64,000 nucleotides of DNA from Podarcis liolepis (taxonomy: Eukaryota), in NCBI GenBank assembly GCA_965112155.1, contig OZ218104.1. One strand, written 5' to 3'. The notes beneath the pieces were generated by a model. The model had not been told where the DNA came from and ran no database searches. It saw only the letters and a list, made by a program, of their open reading frames with translations. Positions within the stretch are counted from its first letter, which is position 1. Every line of letters begins with the position of its first letter. Below, piece by piece: positions 13,801 to 24,060 of the stretch. The translations under genes were made by a program, and so were the position numbers.

Positions 13801-16800
13801 CTCCGACGGCGCAGCCGCAGCATAAGGCCCCATTAGCTAAAGTGGTGCTTCAGGTTAAGAACAGTTTCAGGTTAAGAATGGACCTCCGGAACGAATTAAG
13901 TACTTAACCCGAAGTACCACTGTACTTGCAAGACCAGCAGAGAAGTAAGCAGCGTTCCTGTCTAGCTCCTGCTCGTTTCACTGGCCTTGACTTGCATGAG
14001 TCAGGTTGTTCTGTCTCTCTGCCATCCTTAATGCACTAGCTGGCCCAGCCTTCGTGCGGCATGGCTGCTTCTCTCAGGGAATTGGTTGGGGGAAAGTGGG
14101 AAGGGAGGCAGGTGCCCAGACTACAATGAAACCCTCTTCCTTCCTCTCCCCTGTCTGAACGTTAGAGAATTGGAGAAGCAGCGGGAGAGCACGGCCAGCG
14201 ACACTTTCCAGAAGAAACAGGAAGCAGAAGCCGCAGTGAGTCTCAAGTCTTGTTTCCTTCCCCGTTCCTGGATAATTTAGGGTTCTCTGCACACTTCCTC
14301 CTTGGAATAATTGATCTGGTCTTCATCTCAAGGGCTTTTCTTCCCTTCAAAAATCACTCTGACAACTGAAAATACAGTGTGGGTGGGTGTTTGAGGAGGT
14401 CTGGTGAGTTGCTGCTTCCTAACTCACCCTTGTGAGTTTTGCGTAGCCCTCTCACAAATTTTCACTGTCGCTCTTGGCTGTCTTCATTTTTGAAAGCGTT
14501 GGGTTTATTTTGTTTTTAATCGGGTTTTTATGTAACTGAGTCTGTTTTAATTGCCTCATCGCCTGCGTTTACTGGAGAGAGAGAGAGAGAGCATGTGTGT
14601 GTTTTCAAAAACAGAACACGTGCAGGAGTGTGACTGTAGCCAGTTTTGGGGGCCAGGGCCATGTCTCTCATAGATCATATGCTTTACATGTCCCAGGTTT
14701 AGTACCTGACATCAGTTCATTTGTCATTTGCCTCCTTCACCTGGTATGTGCGCTTCCAAGTGATGTCTTATGAGATGCACAGTACTGGGCTAGATGTTTC
14801 CATCTTGGTCTCATTCAGCGTCTAAGGTTCTCACTTATTTCAGATATTCTGACCCTGCCTCTTGATGACAAGCATCCACAAGGCCACTGGTAAATCTAGC
14901 CCTTGCTAATGTATTTCTTGTTACAACAAATCTTCATTATCGAGGCTGAAAGAGAGAGAGACTTTGCCTGGTCACCTCCGGGCAGTGCCAGCATCCAGAC
15001 AGGAGTGCAGGGAGAATTAATCCAAATGCCTCTGGGCAGGCTGCAGAGTGCGCATCCCTCCTGGCTGAGTTACAATGACAGGCTCCAATCGCATGTGGTA
15101 AGGAGGCCTTCCAGATCAGAGGCAGGCAAGAGAACCTGGCACCACTTTTTGGAGAACACCTCGTCCTGCAACCCTGGAGAAATTGCGAGTGTGACGCAAT
15201 TCCAGACACAAGTGCAGAAATTCACCTCTCTCTGTGAAATATGTTTTTAGTGCTTGCAAAGTTATGCTTGGGAACATGTAGGCAGCACAACCTCTGCAGC
15301 TGCTGAGCAAGCCTTGCTCTTGCTGACATCCTTTTCCTCCTTGTGCCCCTTGTAGCATAGTGTGTTGAAGGAGAACACGCCCCCCACCAAGCCTTGGCCC
15401 TTCCCTCTGGTCTTGTTTTTATGAGGTTCCCAGAGGAGTTGGGTCTTGCGCTTGATTGTCCTACTTCTGCAGCTCCCACTTTGCCCCTCTGCCTCTGAGC
15501 AACACATTCTAGGGGCTCCCCTTTCAGGTGTTCTCACACACAAAACCAACCCCAAAATGCCCAAAGATCCGCCATACCTGTTGCTTTCCACGAGTTGGAG
15601 GGCAACCTTCTGCAGCCTCCTGTGATGGAAGAGACAGAGCTTAGACCATTCCTGGCTCACATGTTGGTTTTACACAAGTGCAGTCCCTATAAAGGCCTCC
15701 TCCTCCTCCTCCTTTTTCCTTTTAAGAATATTTGCAAACACAATCAATAAGCCTTCTTCTTTTGATGCCGAATCTTGGTCTGTCCCCTTGCTTAGGTGCG
15801 GCTGATGCAGGAATCTGTCCGGAGAATTATTGAGACCGAAGAAGCCAGGATGGGTAAGGAGTGCTGATTTCCCTTCCACCCAAGTCTGCCCTGCAGGCAT
15901 TTGAGGTGGTTTCACACTTCTGTTTGGGTTCGTAAATGCTACTGTGTTGCTTACTGCTCTTATTGGAACAGGAAACACTAAGTGGAAAGAGGTTGTGTCC
16001 CAGAACGTTTGCTTTAATGATCCTGGAATGCCGAATTGGTTCTAGTTTATCTGCAAGGGCATATCCATCCCATATGGGTGGCGGGTAGGGCCAGAATGTC
16101 TGAATCCCTGGAGAGCCTATTCCCATTGGCATGGATGAAACTGAACTTGAGCTTGCTCAGTGTAAGGCACCTCCTATTATTGTACTGTGCTAGCTCAGGG
16201 TTTGGTACTGGTTGCAGAAATCAGCAACCCAAGAACCTCAGTAGTTATTTAAAAAATAAATCAAGGTCCTAGCCTCTAAGGTGGAAGAATATATGGAGCC
16301 TCTATCCCGGTGGAGGGATTTGTGTGCTCATCTGTTTTGATTTTATGTAGTGAGAGGCCTGGGCAGACCTCTCTTTTTCTCACTCTCTCTACTTGCCTGG
16401 AGGGAGGGGGGCGCTCCCCTGTTTCCTGAAAGTGTTCTCTGAGCCAACAGCTTCTTCTCGTTAACAATGCAGGCCTGATAGTGGTGAATGCCTGGTATGG
16501 GAAATTCGTCAATGACCAGAGCAGAAGGAATGAGAAGGTGAAGGTTATAGACGTGACTGTGCCCTTGCAGTGCCTGGTGAAAGACTCCAAGCTCATCCTT
16601 ACAGAAGCATCCAAGGTAAGGAGGAGGCCAGTGTGCAGGGAGGTGGGGAAGCAGATTAGCCCACACAACTCACCTGTTCGATTTCTGGGGGTGCCTTGGG
16701 GTGGCTGTCAGCCCAAACCGTGCGATCACGAGGTGAGATTTGTAAACCTTTGGTTGGACTTCCAGTAGGGTACAGAAGCCAAGTTTCACAATGGTTCTGT

Positions 16801-18581
16801 GGTGTGTGTGTGCGCGCGCACAAGTTCACTAGCCCTTACACACTGTGCATACTTCTGCACAACCACCATCATCGTTTCCTTTTTTGTAATTACATTTTTA
16901 TTGGAATTTTTAACATAAAGAGGTTAAAAACAGCACCAAACACAGCAAATACCAAGTAGAGGAAGAACTGCCAACTAAGCTGCATCAAAAGAATCAACTG
17001 AACTCAAGGAATTAGATGATTAGGTGATTAGATGGCGGTAAAATTGATCTATTGTTAAGGTTTCTAGAAGAGATAAACTGGCACCAGACTGCTGCAAAGT
17101 TGCCTTCATGTGTTTCTCCCCGGCCCTCTTGCATTCCTGAGTCAATTTATCATTCAAAGCTGGGGGCCATATCCGAGCGTTAAACTTTTCCATCCAGAGT
17201 TTTCCAATGGCAGGAGGTTTCAGGATGGGCCCAACCAGTCACTTAATGATCAGCTCTCTATAACCGCCCTTCTCCTTGACTCAGCGTGTGACTGTTCCTC
17301 TCTTGCAGGCCGGCCTGCCTGGGTTCTACGACCCTTGTGTCGGGGAAGATAAGAGCCTGAAAGTCCTCTACCAGTTCCGAGGAGTCCTGCATCAAGTGAT
17401 GTCTGGCGACAACGAGGCCCTTCGGATACCAAAGCAGTGTAAGTAGCAAAGCCCTGGTCTGCTGCTTCCACTTCCAGCCCCTCTACAGGCCTGGTAAAGG
17501 CATCCGTTGCCCTTCCACTGAGGAGCTGCCACATGGGCAGGGGATGAGAAGGTTGCATTTGCAAGGACTCATGAGGTCAGGGGGATGACGACGACACACA
17601 CCTCTCCAAATTTCACTCCTGCCTCCTTTGTCTTCATGTTCTTTCAGCTCGCTGACAGAGACTGTGAGTTTGAGAGGGTTGTGGCCACATCACACTCTGT
17701 TGCATGGAGCCAGGGCATGAATCTCAAGACTTTCCTCCAGCAATTTAAGCATGACTATGAGGACGCACAGAGAACCCCTTAAACCTGACTTCATTGTCGA
17801 ATGACCCACCTCTTGTACCTTGGTCTTTGACACTGGAGATATTCCTGGGACTGATTTAACTGTTTTTAAAAACTGAAATTGTTGTAACTCACCATGGGGC
17901 CTGCTGGTGGAGGACAAGTAATAGCTTGTGTAACAAATTAAAGTTAATAATAATTTAAAGTTGATAAAATCAACAAAGTAGAGAGGACGCTTCCAATCCC
18001 CAAGGCGGCAGAAATATTGCACATCTTCAGGATGAGGCCTATCCTGAGTGCCCAGAGATGGCCGGCCAACTCCATGCAGTGTGACTCCTGCTGGTTTGAG
18101 GAGCAGTTCTGGCTCCTAAAGGAATGGCAGCATTTCCCTGCCCTGCCCCTCTGGAGGATGCTTCATGCCCCTGTGTACATGGCTGCAGCAGGGCAGGGTA
18201 AACCCAGATTTTCAGAATCCCCAACTTTGCAGCTATGATAGCTTAGAGCCATGGCCCACAAAATTGATTTTCGTGTAAGGATTTGGTTTGGGGGCCTCTC
18301 TGCCAGTTTCCCCCATGGATGGTGGCATGCTGCGTAGGGCTGGAGGCAGGCTGCTTCCTGCTCTCCTTTGCCATTTTGCAGGAGGTGGGAGGAGCACAAT
18401 GTGGGTCTCCTGGGGGTGAACCCACTGTTGCCCACTGCTTATTAAAAAAAAGTGCCTTTACACCTCCCTCAGTGGTGGGTCTTTTGCAAGTTTGCCTTGA
18501 CCTCAGCCTCTATAAAACAGTCTCACCTCTCCCCTTTTTTTTGCTACCCCCACAGCTCACCGGATTGATGCAGACAGCTAA
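4646..18581 (+). CDS. DNAJC11: DnaJ homolog subfamily C member 11 (MICOS/SAM-associated), partial gene: exons 5-16
   Basis: Twelve GT-AG exons join in frame to 433 aa plus stop ([21 protein letters not shown]...RIPKQSHRIDADS*), colinear with human DNAJC11 from about residue 127. J-domain exons lie upstream of the window. Confidence 0.97.
4784..4851 (+). repeat. Compound microsatellite (GT)~16(GA)~18
   Basis: Read directly; starts 9 nt after the end of DNAJC11 exon 5. Confidence 0.95.
5146..5502 (-). mobile_element. Sauria SINE
   Basis: Typical head GGGACACAGGTGGCGCTGTGG and ACCTTT-type tail; 13-bp TSD TGTTAGTA(C/G)TAGT at 5133-5145 and 5503-5515. Confidence 0.85.
6341..6463 (+). CDS. DNAJC11: DNAJC11 exon 6 (123 bp)
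   Basis: ttgcag|GCTCCA ... GGAGAG|gtaaga; [13 protein letters not shown]...KGWGE. Confidence 0.95.
6935..7008 (+). CDS. DNAJC11: DNAJC11 exon 7 (74 bp)
   Basis: gtgcag|ATAGAG ... AGATG|gtaaga; [24 protein letters not shown]. Confidence 0.95.
7456..7681. mobile_element. Tc1/mariner (Tigger-like) MITE, 226 bp
   Basis: TIR CAGTGGTACCTCGGGTTA / TAACCCGAGGTACCACTG with TA on both sides. Confidence 0.88.
10212..10401 (+). CDS. DNAJC11: DNAJC11 exon 8 (190 bp)
   Basis: tcgcag|CTTCATC ... TTTCAG|gtaggg; [10 protein letters not shown]...HFTMAFQ. Confidence 0.95.
10925..11010 (+). CDS. DNAJC11: DNAJC11 exon 9 (86 bp)
   Basis: ccacag|CTGGGC ... CTCAA|gtaagt; LGIPHSF...RVKGSLK. Confidence 0.95.
11355..11471 (+). 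CDS. DNAJC11: DNAJC11 exon 10 (117 bp)
   Basis: tttcag|AGCTGG ... ATCAA|gtgagt; [20 protein letters not shown]. Confidence 0.95.
12319..12548. mobile_element. Tc1/mariner MITE with internal TCGCAAGACGAA repeats
   Basis: TIR CAGTGGT(A/G)CCTCGCAAGACGAA, TA TSD, 230 bp. Confidence 0.88.
13071..13226 (+). CDS. DNAJC11: DNAJC11 exon 11 (156 bp)
   Basis: tctcag|GCTGAAC ... GAGAA|gtgagt; [21 protein letters not shown]. Confidence 0.95.
13697..13922. mobile_element. Tc1/mariner MITE, same family as 7456-7681, inverted
   Basis: Same TIRs, TA TSD, 226 bp, reverse-complement similarity to the first copy. Confidence 0.88.
14166..14235 (+). CDS. DNAJC11: DNAJC11 exon 12 (70 bp)
   Basis: cgttag|AGAATTG ... 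GCCGCA|gtgagt; [23 protein letters not shown]. Confidence 0.95.
15796..15853 (+). CDS. DNAJC11: DNAJC11 exon 13 (58 bp)
   Basis: gcttag|GTGCGG ... ATGG|gtaagg; [19 protein letters not shown]. Confidence 0.95.
16473..16615 (+). CDS. DNAJC11: DNAJC11 exon 14 (143 bp)
   Basis: atgcag|GCCTGA ... TCCAAG|gtaagg; [11 protein letters not shown]...LILTEASK. Confidence 0.95.
17309..17438 (+). CDS. DNAJC11: DNAJC11 exon 15 (130 bp)
   Basis: ttgcag|GCCGGC ... AAGCAGT|gtaagt; [13 protein letters not shown]...LRIPKQ. Confidence 0.95.
18556..18581 (+). CDS. DNAJC11: DNAJC11 exon 16, coding part
   Basis: ccacag|CT CAC CGG ATT GAT GCA GAC AGC TAA; SHRIDADS* versus human SHRIDTDG*. Confidence 0.92.
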
Positions 18582-21500
18582 TCTGGTGGGGAAGAGGGCA
18601 GGTGCTGAGTTCTGTGCCCAGGAGCCAGTGGATATGGCACCATCTTTCCTCCCTGGATTTGATGACGTCTTCAGACGAGTGGGGATGCAACTTATTTCTT
18701 GATCGGCGCGGAAGAAGGTGGTTTGACACCCAACGTAACATTGTGGGACAAAATGAGAGGAATCTGCTCTAACGAGACAGTGGCACCCAGACCCTGCAGC
18801 TGGGGGCTGTTGCTTGACTGGCACAGCTGACGATGGCCAGCATTTCCAGCCTCCCCCTGTCAACGCAAGGGGGCGGGCTGCAGACTAGGAGCCCCCCTTT
18901 CCCCTGCAGCAACCAGTGTCCTCTTCAGCGGGGGGAGCCTTGGGGCAGGTGGGCAATGGGGGGCGGGGCGGGTGAGGTGTCGATTTTATTCTTGCAGGAA
19001 GTGGAGGGGGTGCGGGCTACTTCAGGTGAAGGAGTGGCCTCCTCCTCGCAGACCCTTGCGGCTGTTTGGCAATGCAAAGAACACGGTGCTCATATCCACG
19101 TTCCGAAATGAAATGCACTTTGGGAAATTTGTAAGCCTTTCTTTTAACACGTTTGAATCTTCCTGTCCATCATCATCTCTCTCTCTCTCTCTCTCTAGCA
19201 GCTGATATAATATGATACACTAAGAGGAACTGTTTCCCTGTCAGCTTGTCTTTGTTCCAAGCACAGCAAGAAGCTGGCCCGGAAAAGTAGTAAAAGTCGC
19301 CATAAGCATTTTGATGTACACAAAAGGCGTCGTGTGGATGGAGGCAGGGTGGAGAGATAGGAGTGGGAGGACCAAGTGAGTGCCAAATCAGAGGCAATAG
19401 CATTCTCGATGGAAGATTGCTCCCACTGCAGACCAGGGGTGCTCTTGTGCTGCAAGAAAACAACAGAGAGGTTGCAGGAGTCCATTTTTTAGCCCTCTGT
19501 CCCTGGTGGCAGTGTAGAGCTCCTTTTACAAACACAAAGAGAGGAGGCTGGAGTTGCCTCTCTGTTAGTCCTTGGAACACCTTCCTTGATGACATTTATA
19601 TAGGATCCCTGGGGGTGTTGAATGCCAAAGCAAGCTTTCCATCGTAACTGCTGGTTCCTGAAACACACACAGTGTGGTGTATCCCCTGCGCCATTTTATT
19701 CGTTTGTATAACTGGGTTCACCGCACTCATTTGGATCCAGATCATATCCGCCCCCAATCTGTCCCCACCTCAGCTCTTACCCTAAGTAAAATGATAACTG
19801 ATTCCATGAAGCCTGTTACATCCCTCCTGCCCCCTTTACCTCTTGAAATTAGGTGTTGCTGCTCCTCAGTTGTTTAGTTGGACAAATATTTTTCTCTCGC
19901 ATCTTCCATTGAACCAAGTTCTGATCTAGTAATATCCATCTCCTTGGTTAATCCTTGGTACCTTCAAGTAAATATCCATATTCATGTTGACACCCCTACC
20001 CGATTGCCCCATTCATATTTCCACATGCCAGTTATCCCAACTTCCTTCAGAGCTGATGGAATGAGAAATACACTGTATGGTCATAGTATTTATTCCTGGA
20101 TCACAGTGAGTTCTGGTTTCAGAAATCTGTGACCTGGCCTCTTCAAGAACCAGAATCGGGCTAGAATTAACACTGGTAATTAACACTGACAATAACCACT
20201 TGAACCTTCTGCTTTTTGAACCCAGCTCAGCCCGAGCACCCCTCCGCTTCAATCCTTCCCCGCTTTCCAAAGGCCCTGCCTCGTGTGATTGGAAATTTTG
20301 CAAAGTGCATGAGCCGCTGATGAGGACAGAGCCTCTGGTTTCTCCTGTAACAAATAAGGACAATAAAAGAGACCCATTTTCTCCAGACTGTTGGCTACTT
20401 AAAGCAGGGGCACAGAAGCCTCCCAATGGGCAAGGAGGCAAAAGATACAGCCAGACATGCTTACTCTGATCCTTCAGAGAGGCTAAATGTAGTGTCTTCT
20501 GGTGACTTATTCGGTCATTCTTTCTTGCAACAGGCTTTGTACAAGGGATCAATCTTCCCTAACCTTTTACTTTCCAGCTGCTGCTAGGTTCTCAGCTCCC
20601 ATCAGCCAGCATGACAAGGGTTAAGGGATGATGGGAGTTGGAGTCCAACAACAGCTAGAGGGCACTATCAGGGTGATGGAGCCATGGTTGGTGTCTGGAA
20701 ATGTGTGCATTTTTTATTTCCTCTGCTCCTTCCGCTCCCATAGACTAGAGGGGAAGTGGCTGTAAGAGCCACCCAGGTGCTTGATGCTCTTCTCATTCGT
20801 GTTCCAGGTGCTCATAGCTCTTAGCTGGCATACCAGTGCTCTCCCCCTCTTTAATTCAGCTGAATTTGGTGACAAGCTTAACTTAATAGCTATTGGCATT
20901 CATGGTCATGCCCATAAACTGAGCCTGTTACCTAAGGGAATCCTTAAGTCATGTGCCCCCATCCCATCAGGCTCAAGAAAGATGGCAGCTGTGGGGGGTG
21001 TTGCCCTCTGGCTTGGGGATGAACCCTCTTACCTAACTGTGATGGGTCTCTGCCCGCCCCACCCCCTTACTGCCAATCCCCCTTTTGGGGGGTTTCTGAG
21101 CCTGCAAGGTGAGTTCTTACCTCAAGAGTGGCTTCGCTACAAATAATGCTTTTAAGAAACTCAAGATTGGGGACTTCCAGCATTCTGTAGATGCAAAGCA
21201 GTTTCACTTTGCCCATATTCTCTTAGCTTCTCAACAACCCTCTCTGGTGGGACAATATTATCATACTTTATATGGGTGAGAGGGAGTGTGTATTAGGGAA
21301 ATACCAAAACAATAGGGACTCGTCTCAGGCCACTAGAAGTTCTGAGGCTGAAGTGTGATCTGAGTGAAGACTACCGTCCTCTTCCCCAACAGCTCTGCCT
21401 ATAATCACATTAAAATCAAGCAGAAATATTAACAATGTTTGGAATGAAGGGGTGGGGGTGGGGGTGGGACCTGATTCCTACTGGCTGTTCTTGGCACTGA

Positions 21501-23833
21501 CCAAACATACCTCCCTAAACCTACAAAGCTGCATGCTGTCATCGGACAGTTGGTGCACCTTGATCAGCCATGGCTGTGACTTTGGCTGACTGGTCGTTTT
21601 GTAACTGGAGATGAAACCCCAAAGTTGAGGCCTTAAGCGCTAAAATGAGATCCTGGTTGCAGGATTATACCAAGGGGGGCATCTTGTCCAGGAGCCCATT
21701 TGCCAACAAGGTGTTCATGATCCCCAGACATTCCTGATCCCCTGCATTCAAAGCTCTCTGCTGGTTTGAGCATTGTAGTGGAAAACTGGGTGGGCTAAAT
21801 GAATTGAAATTCAATGGTGTTGACACAGAATTGGTCCTCCAGACACAGAAAACAAGAAGCAACCATGTGCCCAGTTAGAACCTTGGTCCAGCTTGCTCAG
21901 TATTGTCTGCACCCAGCCCTACCTGAGATGTCAGGGATTGAACTGAGGACTTTCTACATGCAAAGCAAGCACTCTACCACTGAACTACCACCCGTCCCCA
22001 GTAAAGGGAAGTGCATTTTTCGCATTTATTACACAAGTCATGCCCAAAGGATGCTATCTATGTTCAAGCTGCCGCCGCCACCCCATCACCTCCCAGCTCC
22101 TTCTCCCAGTGCTTTGCAGTGATTTTGCCTCCACTCTTACTGAGCAGCGAAACGGGTCACCCATGCACCATTTAAAGATTTTACAAGACAGACAAGGAGC
22201 CTCATCCGATAATACAAATAATTTTAATTAAAAAAAATAAAGCTCTCAAACTGAGATTGCACAAAGATGAACTCACAGGCATGCAAGATGTTTATTCTTC
22301 TGCTGAAAAATCCAATTAACTGGGCTTGCCAGACACCACCTGATTGCAGAATGGTTGAAACTGGGTCTTAGAGCTCAATGCCAAAATACAAGTGAAAACT
22401 CTTGCTCAACAGGAAACTTCTTCCTTGGCTGTTTCCTCCACCACAAGATGTCCTACACTGATTTGTCTTGCTCTGCAAACTTTTTTTATATATAAAAAAA
22501 CCCCAATATGGTAGCTGAGGCTGCCAAGTGATCACAGCATCAGCCTGGGGCATTCTGTGGAAGAACTGTCTTTGGCAAATGAGGGAGCCTGAGGGAAAGC
22601 AGACCCTGCTGTGTAGAGGAATCAAGTTCTTCATACTTGCTTCTGATAAATGGACAAAGTTTTGCGGTCATGGCAGAAGAATGCAGTATGGGAACCCTAC
22701 CAAACCAATTGGGTAAATGACTTAAGGGGCTTCAATCCCCCATCCATTACCACTTGTAACACAAGTCCACCATATGAGAACCTGGGTCTCGCACATTAGG
22801 TGCCCAAAGGAATACTTGTCCACGCTGAGACTCAGGCAAGACGGCTGTCTGTCTTGGTGCACTGCTCACTCCACCGAGCCTGCTTCTCTTCCTTCCCCAC
22901 AAAAACTACATTTACTTGCTGTCGACAGCTCAGAGCGATGCAAAGGGAGAATCCACTTGAGGATTCACATCTGTGCAATAAGCCAATTTGGTCCCTGCAA
23001 AGGAGGCATCGGCTCTCTGGTGGCAGGAATCCACTGGGCTTGTTAAACCTGAGATCTCTGCGCCCATTTCCCAGCTTGCAAGACTCTTCTGTGCTGAATG
23101 CATAGAAGCATCCCCAGGTGCCAAGACTTACCACCCCCATCAGCTCAGAAGAAGCGTTTTACATGCTTCCCACTTTACAAACACAGAGCCAGCCAATGTG
23201 AAGGGAAGCCCATCCTGGACCTGAGAGAAGGAGGAGCCCGTCAGAGTAGGAATTGAGCCCATCCTTCAAAGGGAGAGAAATGGCTGCCCTCCACTGATGG
23301 GGGCTTTTAAAGAAGCAGCCACGGGCTGTCTCACTTTGAGGCAACCTCAGATTGGCTCTCCACTGGATGGGGAAGGCGACCCTTTTTCACACAACCCTTA
23401 AGAGAGATCCTGGACCTGCTGCTGCTGCTGCGCTGTGGAGGTGCAACAGCTGCTGGCATCTCCAGCTGTCAAACTGCTGCATCCTCTTCCCTGATGGTGG
23501 AGTCACTCGGCACCCATCAGGCAGTTCGTCCTGCCACACTTTCATACCTGGGACAACAGAAAGAAAGGAAAGTGAGGTGCACACCAGGCAGCCTCCCCAC
23601 TTCCTCTTATCATCCTAATGATGCCCTTTTTCCTCGACTTGCTTTGGGGCACGGAATCGGGTCCTTCTCCAGTGGCGATTTAGGCCCTTGAGGGCGCCTC
23701 GAGACGCTTCCCTTCATCGCAGAGAGGATGTTCCCTGCTTGTGGCTGGGTTTGTCCCCCACCAACCAGAGTCTCATGTTTCACATGACAAGTCTGCTTGT
23801 GTCAAACGCGCTAGGGGAAAAAATGCCACCCTG

Positions 23834-24060
23834 CTAATCCAGGAAGTGTCGGCGCGACCCCATCCGGGAGCGGCTGGAGCGGCGGATGTCGAACTTGGAG
23901 TCCCGACACTTCTGGCAGACGTAGATCTCTGGGACGTTGGACTTGCGGATCTTTGCGCAGGAGAGGTGGATCCAGGTGTGGCATTCGTTGCACTCGATCA
24001 TGGGGCGCCCGGCAAAGGGTTTCATGCAGAAACAGGTCACAAGGTCCCAGGAATCATCAT
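23834..24060 (-). CDS. PHF13: PHF13 exon 4, coding part (PHD finger)
   Basis: gcacag|AT GAT GAT TCC TGG ... HFLD TAG. Confidence 0.96.

Noticed and set aside
20220-20320. Minus-strand HF...AFGKR...LKR resembling THAP3 HF...AFGNRKNLKH
   Set aside because: Needs a frameshift and lacks the zinc-binding Cys and the AVPT motif; consistent with chance.
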